Positions 7,654 through 16,811 of a stretch of DNA of 20,000 nucleotides are shown one piece after another; the stretch's first letter is position 1, and each line of letters opens with the position of its first letter. Both the position numbers and the translations under genes were made by a program. Location of the stretch: IMG/VR virus record IMGVR_UViG_3300047510_001006. One strand, 5' to 3'. Source of the DNA: an uncultured virus (IMG/VR IMGVR_UViG_3300047510_001006) (Duplodnaviria > Heunggongvirae > Uroviricota > Caudoviricetes). The notes beneath the pieces were generated by a model that was not told the origin of the DNA, ran no database searches, and saw nothing but the letters and a program-made list of their open reading frames with translations.

Positions 7654-8661
7654 TTACAAAATTTGTCCGTTGATAATCTTAAAGTTTTCTACGTGAAAAG
7701 AAAGGTCTTCGTTTACGGTTACATACGCGAATCCGTTTGCCCATTTGGTGAAAGCATAGGGGCGATAGTCGGGACTCAAATTACAAAGACAACCCATTGA
7801 CCAAACTCCAACCTGCTCACCTCTTAAATTACTTTCAGAGTGGTGAGAAACTTGGTGGTAATGACCCACTATTGTTGACGCTTTTGCTTTCAGGAACATA
7901 CCACGAGCAGGGTTTACGGGTGAGAATACACTCTCTCCCAATTCGTGTCCGTGCAATACAACAAGGTTTCCTAAATTAATCATCTCTCTATTCACAGGAA
8001 TGATTCTGTATTCCTCTAATCGCAACAATGACTCCAAACTGATGTCATTTAAATCAGCCAGCTCTCGTGCATTTCTCAACACATAGGCACGCATGCGCTC
8101 CTCGTGGTTTCCTATCTTGTAGAAAATGGCTTGTGTTGGGAACAGCTCTCTCAGGTATTGAAAGAAGTTTCTTCCCATTTCTAATTCTTCTGAAATCTTG
8201 GGTCTCCGAATCTCCTTAGAGAAACGAGATACATCGTAACAATCCAAGATATCACCATTAAGAATAATTGTATCTACTTCGTGAGACAATCCATATTCCA
8301 AAGCGGCAGCAAGTGCGTCTTCGTCGTGAAAGGGCAAGTGGATATCAGAAAGAATCAGATACTTTCCCTTACCTAAATTCACAGGCTCCATGTTTTCAGC
8401 CTTAGATACGATGTTCAGTTTTGCTAATCCCTCTTTTACGGTTGAGTGTTGTATTTCCGTGACATGCCCGGCAGAAATTACATTTTTTAGGTGGTCTTTT
8501 CCGCTGGCTCCTTTGTAATATCGAATTGTTGAGCGTGCCATTTCAACGTCAGCAAATAATCCTTCCTCTCGTGTAAAAATCATACTTGCCAATGTTCTGT
8601 TTGGCAAGTCAGGGAATTGTGCGATATAGCTCAATACTATATCTTGCTTTGTGCTTTTCAT
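7654..8661 (-). CDS. Calcineurin-like metallophosphoesterase with N-terminal helical (HTH-like) extension
   Basis: All five motifs present: SDIH, GDILD, GNHE, HGHE, GHYH. Start reassigned to ATG 8661 (MKSTKQD), which is ATGA-coupled to the upstream gene. Confidence 0.85.
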   Translation of the reverse strand: MKSTKQDIVLSYIAQFPDLPNRTLASMIFTREEGLFADVEMARSTIRYYKGASGKDHLKNVISAGHVTEIQHSTVKEGLAKLNIVSKAENMEPVNLGKGKYLILSDIHLPFHDEDALAAALEYGLSHEVDTIILNGDILDCYDVSRFSKEIRRPKISEELEMGRNFFQYLRELFPTQAIFYKIGNHEERMRAYVLRNARELADLNDISLESLLRLEEYRIIPVNREMINLGNLVVLHGHELGESVFSPVNPARGMFLKAKASTIVGHYHQVSHHSESNLRGEQVGVWSMGCLCNLSPDYRPYAFTKWANGFAYVTVNEDLSFHVENFKIINGQIL

Positions 8662-9062
8662 TTCTTTATGAATATGGTTGCAATGATACCAATTAAAAAC
8701 GAAATAACCAAGTACCACCAATTGATGATTTCTTCGGTGTGAATTCTTCCTGGAACCTTTACCTCGTAAGGTATTGTATCTCTGTAAGTTATGGTGTCGG
8801 GCTTAACTGTTACCCCGAAAAAATCACCTTTTCTTTCGATGATCAATTTTTCGGTGTGAATGATTGTATCGTGTTCAATTATAAATGAATCCTTGTACTC
8901 AGGCACCGGTACTTTAACTTCTCTGATGATTGTATCCTTTACGATTACCGTATCGGTCTCGACTAAATACGGATATTTGCGTATCAGTCGGTCATATCTT
9001 TTTTTCGGAGTGCCACACGAAATTACCGTAATGCACATTGCGATAAATATTGTTCTTTTCAT
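8658..9062 (-). CDS. Lipoprotein with C-terminal TM; unimolecular-spanin-like architecture
   Basis: Signal MKRTIFIAMCITVIS-C, beta-rich middle with repeated DT(V/I), C-terminal TM WWYLVISFLIGIIATIFI-KK. Confidence 0.6.
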   Translation of the reverse strand: MKRTIFIAMCITVISCGTPKKRYDRLIRKYPYLVETDTVIVKDTIIREVKVPVPEYKDSFIIEHDTIIHTEKLIIERKGDFFGVTVKPDTITYRDTIPYEVKVPGRIHTEEIINWWYLVISFLIGIIATIFIKK

Positions 9063-9066
9063 AGTA

Positions 9067-9074
9067 CAAATATA
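9067..9074 (-). promoter_or_regulatory. Bacteroidota -7 promoter element
   Basis: TATATTTG on the minus strand, then TACT-ATG (9062), the same spacing as at 324-336. No clear -33 TTG. Confidence 0.55.
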
Positions 9075-9295
9075 AGGTTTAACCTTACAGGTTTACTATA
9101 AAGCACCCAAAAGGGTACGAAAATGAGCCATATAAGACACTTTATGTGCGTGTTGTGTAGAATTTGTATGATTTATTCATCATTAATGCATTTTGATGCA
9201 CTAATGAACGACAAAACCCACACTACGGTCAAATAATGTGGGTCTTCTCGGATAATTACCGAACTATGTCCAGTAAATTTACATAAAAACTGGAC
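9073..9295. repeat. Cluster of short inverted repeats/hairpins
   Basis: TAAGGTT-T-AACCTTA 9073-9087; GCACCC-AAAA-GGGTAC 9103-9118; TCATTAATGCAT-TTTG-ATGCACTAATGA 9180-9207; ACCCACACTA-N8-TAATGTGGGT 9216-9243; TCGG-ATAATTA-CCGA 9248-9262; GTCCAGT-N14-ACTGGAC 9268-9295. Confidence 0.8.
9211..9245 (-). terminator. Probable intrinsic terminator downstream of nrdJ
   Basis: Minus strand ACCCACATTA-tttgaccg-TAGTGTGGGT (10-bp stem with one G-U pair) followed by TTTGT. The U-tract is short. Confidence 0.5.
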
Positions 9296-11155
9296 TTACG
9301 ACACCTCACATCCCGCACCACCACAAGCGGCTTGGTCATTGAGCTTTGTGTTGTCGCTAATTTCTACAATATTTGCGACATTAAGTTCAGATAGTCCCTT
9401 GCTTAATGTTGTGTATTGTTCCTCAGTAATCGTCTCAAATGGAGTCTGTTGGTATGAACCCAAATCCTCAGGAAGAAAAGAGAGACCGTTGTAGAAGTTT
9501 TGATTCTCCCACAACCACTCGCCTACTTCTGCCCACTCGTCTTGCTTGATGGTTACAGTTGCGCTTACGTTGTGTGTATTGTTTCCTTTCTTGTGTCCTG
9601 GATTAATCCAATTCTCATGTAAGTACTTTACCCTTTCCAAAAATGACAGGGCGGTCTCAGACTCTCTTGTAATTGCTCCCTTTGGTGCAGCAACAGGAAT
9701 AGAGATAACCGATTGAGATTGAGGCTTCATAACATCGTCCTCAAGAAGTTCAGGATGGTAAAGAGAAAGGTATGTGTATATCGCCTCGTTTTTACCTACA
9801 CGTATTCTACGAATGTAATACTCATCATGCCAAGCATGTACGCCCGATGATGTACCGAGTACCAAAGAAGAAGTTCCCGATGGTTTCACGCAAGTAATAC
9901 GAGCGGCAGAGTTGATTCCAATCTTATTGGCAAACCACTCGTTTGCTACAGCAGCAAATCCTGCGGCCTCACCCAAATCTAATTTCATAACTGCTCCACT
10001 AGCAATACCTGTCATACCAATTCCAAGTAACGCTTCTTTCTCAGTAGTCTTTTGCCAAACTGAACGCAAGTAATGAAAATCAGTGTATGATGCCTGAAGA
10101 GTACCAATAACAGCAGCGTGATGAACACGAGTATTCAAATCGTCTTGATCAACAATGTCAGAAGCGTTTACTTCTACCAAGTTACAAAACTGAAACGGTT
10201 GAAGTGCAATCTCACAACAAGGGTTAGTTCCCATATTTACATCGTTAGAGAAGTAAAACCCAGGCTCACCACTATTACTCAACTCAACCTTTTTCCAAAG
10301 ATTTAAGAAAGACTCCTTATCAACTACTCCATTTCTCTCAATGACTGCGCTGTTGTTAGCACGACCACGCTGAGGATTCAACTCCCACCAATTACCAAAC
10401 TTGCAGGTCAACATATCCTCATCATTATAATCAAACAAGGCAATCATTGCAGATCTACGAATACCACCGCTCAATACAGCATCAGCAATGTGACAAAGGA
10501 TATCGTGACAATCAACCGATGTCAATCTTTCTCCGTCTTGCTTGCGGTCAAATATAGCCTCAATGTGAACTAAGCACATCTTCAACGGCTCAGGACCAGG
10601 AGCGATGCCTCCACCTGTTTTAATTGGTTCTCCCTTTGCGCGGATAGAACGGTAATCAAAGTTAGGCTTCCAACCACTCTGTCCAAAGTAAGCCTTAACC
10701 AATACTTTTACTGCATCTGCCCAACCCTCAAGAGAATCACCCACCAAATATCTACGGGTCTTTTCTGCTCTTTTGACTGCGGGAAGTTTGTCAATGTCGT
10801 GCTTTTGTACTGAGTACCCAACTCCTGTTCCACTCAATAGTAGGAACATCGTTTCGTTGAACGCTCTGTAATCGTCTATTGGCAAATAAGAACAGTTGAA
10901 TAGTCTTGTGTTATTTAATTCGATTGGCTTTCCACCAAATTGAAGTGACCGCATAGAAGGAAGTATCTTTTTATCGTAAACATACTGATATGCCCTTTCA
11001 ATTGTTTCCGTGTGTTCGGGAAACTTGCGCAAGTGCATTTCTTTGTTTCTATCCACGAGCTCTTTCCAAGTCTCTCTTCTTTGTTTTTCTGGATTGTACT
11101 TGGCATATTTCATCCAAACTGTAATGTCCGATAATATTTTATGTTCCGTATTCAT
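9296..11155 (-). CDS. nrdJ: Class II (adenosylcobalamin-dependent) ribonucleotide reductase, monomeric RTPR-like
   Basis: PSMRSLQFGG, FNCSY, GTGVGYSV, GGIRRSAMI, TNPCCEI (thiyl Cys), FCNL, TCVKPSGT and the C-terminal redox pair ACGGAGCEV. No terminal YY pair and no neighbouring beta subunit. Confidence 0.92.
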   Translation of the reverse strand: MNTEHKILSDITVWMKYAKYNPEKQRRETWKELVDRNKEMHLRKFPEHTETIERAYQYVYDKKILPSMRSLQFGGKPIELNNTRLFNCSYLPIDDYRAFNETMFLLLSGTGVGYSVQKHDIDKLPAVKRAEKTRRYLVGDSLEGWADAVKVLVKAYFGQSGWKPNFDYRSIRAKGEPIKTGGGIAPGPEPLKMCLVHIEAIFDRKQDGERLTSVDCHDILCHIADAVLSGGIRRSAMIALFDYNDEDMLTCKFGNWWELNPQRGRANNSAVIERNGVVDKESFLNLWKKVELSNSGEPGFYFSNDVNMGTNPCCEIALQPFQFCNLVEVNASDIVDQDDLNTRVHHAAVIGTLQASYTDFHYLRSVWQKTTEKEALLGIGMTGIASGAVMKLDLGEAAGFAAVANEWFANKIGINSAARITCVKPSGTSSLVLGTSSGVHAWHDEYYIRRIRVGKNEAIYTYLSLYHPELLEDDVMKPQSQSVISIPVAAPKGAITRESETALSFLERVKYLHENWINPGHKKGNNTHNVSATVTIKQDEWAEVGEWLWENQNFYNGLSFLPEDLGSYQQTPFETITEEQYTTLSKGLSELNVANIVEISDNTKLNDQAACGGAGCEVS

Positions 11156-11165
11156 AAGTTAATAA

Positions 11166-13019
11166 TTAAAAAAGTGTTAGTTGTTGTGGTTCAATTTCAT
11201 CAATAATCTTTTTGCATTCGATACCGAAGAAATGATAATCTATTTGGTAATCTTCCCAGTTTTCTTTCTCCTCGAAGTAGTTACACTCTCGTGCAAATCC
11301 TCCTGCCAAAAGGCTATTGAGTCGTCCGTCAACATTTTGTTTGAACACGGAATCACCCGTTGTAGTTGGAAGAAAGCGCATAACTTTGCCAAGATTCTTG
11401 ATAACCTTTTTACCTTCCTCAACCGTGTGGACTTCTGCATGCCAACCCCTAGTCGCCTTATATCTTCCGAAAAAATCATAAATGTTACGTGCATCAAAGA
11501 TAGTATTTTTTATTGGAATTTTAGATACGAAATACTTCTCTAACGCCTTTGGTACAATCAGGTAAGAGTTGTCTTTATGCCAGTCTTTTTCTGTTTCAAA
11601 GATGCCTTTTTTCTTGACCTTGCCTTCAACTGACTCGGCTAAATAGTTATTAACATCTCGTATGACCATTTGTTTATACTTGCTGTCTTCAAGAATCAAC
11701 CCCGTGAGTTTCATGAATCGCTGATTTATCTCCTCGATTCTTGCGATGCTGTTCTTGTGTACTCTTACTGTGAGACCATCTGTATTGATCTGTAACAGTT
11801 GAACATTCTTTACGTTTGTCATGTATGCCTCAGCCAGCATTGTAAGTAAGAGTTGTCCGTTAACTGTAATCCGATAGAAATAATACCTATCAAAGAAAGC
11901 ACTTGTTGATTCTCCTGTCTTTCCAAAGATTCCATTCAGTGCAAGTTTTAATCCTGCTTGAACAACATCATCTCCTGCCTTCTGTGCCTCCACTCGGTCA
12001 TCGAATATTCTTTTGTAAGTATTGATGAATACTTCTTGAGGTATGTGCTTGGGGTGAAAGTTATTTGTGATGGCGATGTTTGGGTAATAAGACTTTACGT
12101 CAAAGTCAATAATCTCATGCTCGTCATCGGCTTCGTATTTGCCCGCAGGAATACATCCGTGAATGCCGCCTACTCCGTAGTGAAAGTGAAAGCCCTTGAA
12201 TATTACGGTGTGTTTGAACTTTGTATCCTCGGTTACTACGGTTCTCTTAATTGAATCCAATAGGTATTTGAATTCTTTATTCTGAAACTTGATGTAAGGA
12301 ATAACACAATCTTCTAAGTAAACAGCCTTGTCATAGCGAACTTTTTCTTTCAAGTCTTTCTTATCTAATCCACTGGCTGCCTTGATGTATCGTAGGAAGA
12401 TTTCTTCTCCTATTGAAACATCGGGTCTGTTCAAGAAGTTAGCTTTGTACATCTTTGAGAATGCACGACGAAACTCTATCTTCTCACTACAAAGGAAGTA
12501 GAACTTACGAGTAGAAAGAACATCGTTTAAGTTGTAAGACAAAACAGATTCAACTTGGTCTTCGGTAATCTCCTGCTCGTGGCTGATGGGCATCTCTTGC
12601 ACATTGTACCAACCCATAGCAACCTGTAAGGACTTGAGCGAGGTACGTCTAGCCTTGTTGTTGTAGTGATTAATTAAGTAGAGGTCGAGTTGATTCTTCA
12701 TCTTAGTCCGTGGCTTTTCGTTATCTTCCTTTGTGATAAACTGTTGCACGAATATGTAAATCGAATATGCTACATTGTGACCCGGCATGTCCTTGTATCT
12801 GTCGAGGTTGTCAACGATGTGGTCCAACACAACAGCATCAAATCCTACGTTATTAAAGCCAACCATTGTCATTGGCTGATCGAGATACTCAACCAACTTT
12901 TCTGCATCGTTATTCCAAGGCGAGATTGTGAATACGACTGGGGTCTCAGAATCCTCTTCTATATCCGTATAGGAGAAGAAGTTCCTCATTGTTTCAATAT
13001 CATAGATTACTGTTCTCAT
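11166..13019 (-). CDS. polB: Family B DNA polymerase with 3'-5' exonuclease
   Basis: Exo I YDIET, Exo II GFNNVGFD, Exo III YNLNDV; Pol motifs DFDVKSYYP, KLALNGIFGK, QINTDG. Confidence 0.92.
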   Translation of the reverse strand: MRTVIYDIETMRNFFSYTDIEEDSETPVVFTISPWNNDAEKLVEYLDQPMTMVGFNNVGFDAVVLDHIVDNLDRYKDMPGHNVAYSIYIFVQQFITKEDNEKPRTKMKNQLDLYLINHYNNKARRTSLKSLQVAMGWYNVQEMPISHEQEITEDQVESVLSYNLNDVLSTRKFYFLCSEKIEFRRAFSKMYKANFLNRPDVSIGEEIFLRYIKAASGLDKKDLKEKVRYDKAVYLEDCVIPYIKFQNKEFKYLLDSIKRTVVTEDTKFKHTVIFKGFHFHYGVGGIHGCIPAGKYEADDEHEIIDFDVKSYYPNIAITNNFHPKHIPQEVFINTYKRIFDDRVEAQKAGDDVVQAGLKLALNGIFGKTGESTSAFFDRYYFYRITVNGQLLLTMLAEAYMTNVKNVQLLQINTDGLTVRVHKNSIARIEEINQRFMKLTGLILEDSKYKQMVIRDVNNYLAESVEGKVKKKGIFETEKDWHKDNSYLIVPKALEKYFVSKIPIKNTIFDARNIYDFFGRYKATRGWHAEVHTVEEGKKVIKNLGKVMRFLPTTTGDSVFKQNVDGRLNSLLAGGFARECNYFEEKENWEDYQIDYHFFGIECKKIIDEIEPQQLTLF

Positions 13020-14709
13020 CGAATGTTAAATAGCTTTGTGAATAAAGGATATCAAGTAGTCGTTCAAATCTACCATCTTCCGAATAGCGTCCTGTTAATT
13101 TATCAAAATTGTATTCTACTGAACCAAGTTGTCCTCTGAAGTGATACTTCATCTTCTGTACGTGTAACGATACAGTGTGGTCTTGTGCTTGGTCTGTGTA
13201 ATCTCTATGTATTGCAATACCCACATCAGGAGCATTGAAGAAGTGAGAACTCTGTGCAATATCATACAGCCTCGGTACAGCATACTGACCATTGCTCTTC
13301 TCCATCTTGCGAGGGTGAGCAGCCAATGTGATATTGATGTTGTATTTCAACGCTGTCTTTTTCATCTTACGAAGCATCTCACCGATTCTTTCGTGGGCAC
13401 TCTCTTCTTTGCTTTGAGTGTCGATGTAGTTGAACGGGTCAATACACAAACAATCAATTCCGTATCGTTTAATCATCGTAACGGTCAAGTCTAATATGTG
13501 ATTGAGGCTAAACTCTTCCATCTCTTCTACGTTAAAGAAGAAGAAGTGCTTGTCCAACTTAGCCATGATAACCTTAATCTCTTCGGGTGTTATAGTTGAC
13601 AACGCTTTACCTGAGATTTGTTCAGCCATACGAGAAAGTTTGAGAGGTGCTACGTTCTCAGGTGAGAAGATTGCAAACTTCCAATCAGATATAATCGCAA
13701 GACGTGCGTACATGTAGTCCAACCAAGTACTCTTACCTGAACCTGGCACGCCCGTAAGTACTACGAGTTCACCCTTGTTCCAAGTCAAGTGCTTGTCTGT
13801 CTGAGTCATAGCGACAGTTTCACCTCTTGGGTAGCCACTTTTTGAGAAGTCAACAACTTGCTGAATATAATCAGACGAGCGTGCTATCTCCTTAATTGGG
13901 ATGGGTTGGGCCTCAGAATATAACTTCTTAATGGCTTCTACTCCGTGTGCCTTGAGTACATCATTAGCATCCTTAGCATCTTCAGGGAACTGAATTATAA
14001 AAACATTTGATTGATCAAATCGTCTCGCAAGGTCTTCCTTGAGTTTTTGTCCCGGAGTATCATTGTCAGCCGCAATAATAATCTTTTTGTTTTCAAAATG
14101 AGAATACGTATCATCTAACCATTGTAAATTGTTAACTCCTTTGCTTGCTCCGTTGGGACAAGAGACAGCGAAGGGATATCCTGCTTGATACCAAACCATT
14201 GCTTCTTCTTCTCCTTCACAGATAATAATCTCACTGCTGTCTTTGATTCCATTTAGATTGTAGGGGATTTTCTTTGCTCCACTAACCATCTTGAACTTCT
14301 TGTCTGACGTTTTGAATTTTATATTTACCAATTCGTCTCCGTCATAGTAATTAAAGCAAATGACCTTGTGTTTCTGCTCATCTTGTGGCATCCACTCAAC
14401 TGACATCGAGACACCAAAGGCATCTACAGTTTCCTGCGAAATGCCTCTGGACTCGAAGTATTTAGTCACTCTGCTATCGGGTGCATCTTTCTTGGGTTCG
14501 GGCTTGGTGTATTGCTTTACATTAGCTACAGAACCTTTCTTTTGGCAATGGTGACACTTGAATAGTCCCTCATCTATGTTTACAGAGAGTGATGGGTCTG
14601 AGGCCTTCTTTCTTGTGTGGGCACACCAAGGACACTGTGTCTTGATGATTCCACTGAAGTGTCCTTTAGTATCAATGCCGGCTTTTGTTAATTCAGATTG
14701 GTAACTCAT
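13000..14709 (-). CDS. Bifunctional primase-helicase (T7 gp4/Twinkle-like)
   Basis: Zn finger CPWC...CHHC; TOPRIM ICEGEEEA, ADNDTPG, KDAND; SF4 helicase GVPGSGKST, IDPFN, AHPRK. Confidence 0.92.
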   Translation of the reverse strand: MSYQSELTKAGIDTKGHFSGIIKTQCPWCAHTRKKASDPSLSVNIDEGLFKCHHCQKKGSVANVKQYTKPEPKKDAPDSRVTKYFESRGISQETVDAFGVSMSVEWMPQDEQKHKVICFNYYDGDELVNIKFKTSDKKFKMVSGAKKIPYNLNGIKDSSEIIICEGEEEAMVWYQAGYPFAVSCPNGASKGVNNLQWLDDTYSHFENKKIIIAADNDTPGQKLKEDLARRFDQSNVFIIQFPEDAKDANDVLKAHGVEAIKKLYSEAQPIPIKEIARSSDYIQQVVDFSKSGYPRGETVAMTQTDKHLTWNKGELVVLTGVPGSGKSTWLDYMYARLAIISDWKFAIFSPENVAPLKLSRMAEQISGKALSTITPEEIKVIMAKLDKHFFFFNVEEMEEFSLNHILDLTVTMIKRYGIDCLCIDPFNYIDTQSKEESAHERIGEMLRKMKKTALKYNINITLAAHPRKMEKSNGQYAVPRLYDIAQSSHFFNAPDVGIAIHRDYTDQAQDHTVSLHVQKMKYHFRGQLGSVEYNFDKLTGRYSEDGRFERLLDILYSQSYLTFDENSNL

Positions 14710-14712
14710 AAT

Positions 14713-15057
14713 TTATATTATGAATTCGCGTTGTCCTCTTACGGGAAACTTCCAAGTTTTGATTGCTGCTTTCCAGCTTTTCATTTTGTTCTTCCCAATC
14801 ATCCATCCTTTTGATTCATAGAAGTTCCAAAACTTCTCTGCTTCTTGTTGGTAGTTTAGTACGTTTAATGAGTTGAGATACAGCGCAATCTCTTCCATTG
14901 TTGGTGGCTGAAATCTTTTGGTTAAGGTCTCAGATTCCTCTATCTTTTCAGACAAAGAATAAAACAGGTCATCCAAGTGAGACCACTCTCCTTTTGTTTC
15001 TTTCTCAATCAATCCCTTCAGGATTAATTTAATAATTTGATAGTCTTCGTTTTTCAT
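14713..15057 (-). CDS. Replication-associated protein (C-terminal domain of phage replication initiators)
   Basis: FQPPTMEEI...AEKFWNFYESKGWMIGKNKMKSWKAAIKTW motif; immediately upstream of the primase-helicase. Confidence 0.6.
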   Translation of the reverse strand: MKNEDYQIIKLILKGLIEKETKGEWSHLDDLFYSLSEKIEESETLTKRFQPPTMEEIALYLNSLNVLNYQQEAEKFWNFYESKGWMIGKNKMKSWKAAIKTWKFPVRGQREFII

Positions 15058-15074
15058 TTTAATTAGTTTTTGGT

Positions 15075-15302
15075 TTAATCGAAACTCACTCCGTTGTTGG
15101 TCATAATCTGTCCAAAGTCATCTCTTAGTTTATACAGAGCTTCTACTACCTTCTCGTCATCTTCATCGGATGCATACTTAGTACGTCTTCTAAGTTCTTG
15201 GTCCATGTCCCAACATACTGAATACCATTTAAATGCGTTAACAGCCAGTTCAAAGTCTGATCTTTCTTCGTTTAAGTCAAATATTAGTTGTCCTTGTGCC
15301 AT
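15075..15302 (-). CDS. Conserved phage hypothetical protein
   Basis: 75-aa ORF (LIFDLNEERSDFELAVNA...WDMDQELR), co-oriented and tightly packed. Confidence 0.7.
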   Translation of the reverse strand: MAQGQLIFDLNEERSDFELAVNAFKWYSVCWDMDQELRRRTKYASDEDDEKVVEALYKLRDDFGQIMTNNGVSFD

Positions 15303-15637
15303 AATTTGTATGTGCTATTACGGGTTTTAAACTTAATGTAATTATCTTCTTGTTCGAGTATCTCTGTGATATCTGTAGTCATCCAAGTAAAAAAATCATT
15401 GAAGGGCGACATTAGCAAAGAACGCCCAACCTCAGGCTCGCTGTGTCTGTCCTTGCTCCGACCGTCTTCATTCCATTCCAGCCACATGATGTCTTTTGAC
15501 TTTTTGGTGAGTCCGTCATGTTCACGGACTAACTTCCATTTAAATTCGTTTTCAATCACTCCTTGCTCGATAGCAATCTTCAAGACATTGTCTTCCGTCA
15601 ATGTCATTGGTATTTTAGTTTGTTTTATCTTGCTCAT
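15284..15637 (-). CDS. Hypothetical protein
   Basis: 117-aa ATG ORF in the minus-strand run. Confidence 0.7.
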   Translation of the reverse strand: MSKIKQTKIPMTLTEDNVLKIAIEQGVIENEFKWKLVREHDGLTKKSKDIMWLEWNEDGRSKDRHSEPEVGRSLLMSPFNDFFTWMTTDITEILEQEDNYIKFKTRNSTYKLWHKDN

Positions 15638-15640
15638 TGT

Positions 15641-15778
15641 TTAAAAGTTATCATTAAGGTAATCAGCAAATCTCTTCGCCCATATTTCTTTTTCAAAACT
15701 GCACACCAATTCTTGTTCAAAATAAACCCGCCAAACAAATGCTCCGTTTACGGTGGCTTTCACGATTCTTGCTTTCAT
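15641..15778 (-). CDS. 45-aa hypothetical protein
   Basis: MKARIVKATVNGAFVWRVYFEQELVCSFEKEIWAKRFADYLNDNF fills the gap with 3-nt spacers on both sides. Confidence 0.65.
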   Translation of the reverse strand: MKARIVKATVNGAFVWRVYFEQELVCSFEKEIWAKRFADYLNDNF

Positions 15779-15781
15779 GCT

Positions 15782-16132
15782 TTAGGTTAATAGGTCTTTA
15801 AACTTTTTTCTTTTGTCAACAACGGATGTTCTGTGTTTCTCCTTGTCAAGTTCAGGTACTCGTTTAATCATGCTTTCTTGCAGGATATCTGATGAACTCG
15901 TTTCGAGGAAGTCTACAAAGGTAATGTATTTTGATAGCTCTGTCCAAGTAGATTTTCTAATTACTTCTGATGCTTTTTCATAACTAGCCGAATCGTCATA
16001 AACCATTTTGTCGCTGACTATATCTGATAGCATATCAGTACGATATCGTAGATAATCATCATCGGTTATCTCAAAAATAAATCCACTGGGAGTGTAGATT
16101 AATATCTTTTCCCATTCAAATGAGTCCTTCAT
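15782..16132 (-). CDS. Acidic hypothetical protein
   Basis: 116-aa ATG ORF overlapping the recombinase stop. Confidence 0.65.
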   Translation of the reverse strand: MKDSFEWEKILIYTPSGFIFEITDDDYLRYRTDMLSDIVSDKMVYDDSASYEKASEVIRKSTWTELSKYITFVDFLETSSSDILQESMIKRVPELDKEKHRTSVVDKRKKFKDLLT

Positions 16133-16811
16133 ATATTGTGTTGTTTAGTATTTTGGTTATTGTTGTTGATTCTATTCTGCCACCCTTCTTGCCTTTGACT
16201 CCTTGTTTGTTTAACTCACGGGCTATGTCTTTGAAAGTGAGGCCTCCCTCCCTTAAATCGTAAACCGTCTTTACTATCTTCATCTCACTATCATCAGGTA
16301 TTAGTTTCCCTTCGACTTTATGAAAGCCCAATGGAGTAACGCCACAATAAACCTTGCGTTCTTTCTTGAGGTGTGACATAACACTTGTGATAAGTTCTCC
16401 TCTTTGATTGGATTCAAACTCAGCAAACGCTGCAATCATCTGAAGCATAAGTTTACCGTGAGAGGTACGAGTATCTACTTGAAAGTCCTGTGTATAGAAC
16501 GCTACGTCTTTCTTTTCGAGGAAGTCAATCCACTTGAGAGTATCCTTTAGGTTCCTACCGAATCGCGATAGGCTATACACAGCAACCACATCAATCTTCT
16601 TTTGTTCAGCCAACTTAATCATCTTCATGAACTCAGGGCGATTCTCAAATCTTTTACCTGATACGCCTGGGTCTGAGAACTGATAACGAATCTCGTAGTC
16701 GTTCATCTTACAGAACGCATTAAGTTTTTCTAACTGATTGTCTAACGATGAACCGTCTTCAACTTGGTCAACGTGCGACACTCTCGTGTATATCGCTGCT
16801 ACTTTCTTCAT
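16116..16811 (-). CDS. Serine recombinase (resolvase catalytic domain plus short recombinase-type DNA-binding domain)
   Basis: AIYTRVS (catalytic Ser), SLDNQ, DPGVSGK, RPEF, SLSRFGR, FAEFE; C-terminal PLGF...IARELN...TITKILNN; 231 aa. Confidence 0.9.
   Translation of the reverse strand: MKKVAAIYTRVSHVDQVEDGSSLDNQLEKLNAFCKMNDYEIRYQFSDPGVSGKRFENRPEFMKMIKLAEQKKIDVVAVYSLSRFGRNLKDTLKWIDFLEKKDVAFYTQDFQVDTRTSHGKLMLQMIAAFAEFESNQRGELITSVMSHLKKERKVYCGVTPLGFHKVEGKLIPDDSEMKIVKTVYDLREGGLTFKDIARELNKQGVKGKKGGRIESTTITKILNNTIYEGLI

Noticed and set aside
9063..9295. tRNA or cobalamin riboswitch next to nrdJ
   Set aside because: No cloverleaf or T-loop consensus and no B12-box seen. The region is downstream, not upstream, of nrdJ.
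9296..14709. Inteins or introns in nrdJ, polB or the primase-helicase
   Set aside because: Lengths are compact, frames are uninterrupted, and no intein splice motifs were seen.
16116..16811. Prophage integrase or IS607-type transposase
   Set aside because: Too short for a large serine integrase, no N-terminal MerR-like HTH, no adjacent tnpB, no att site or host DNA visible.
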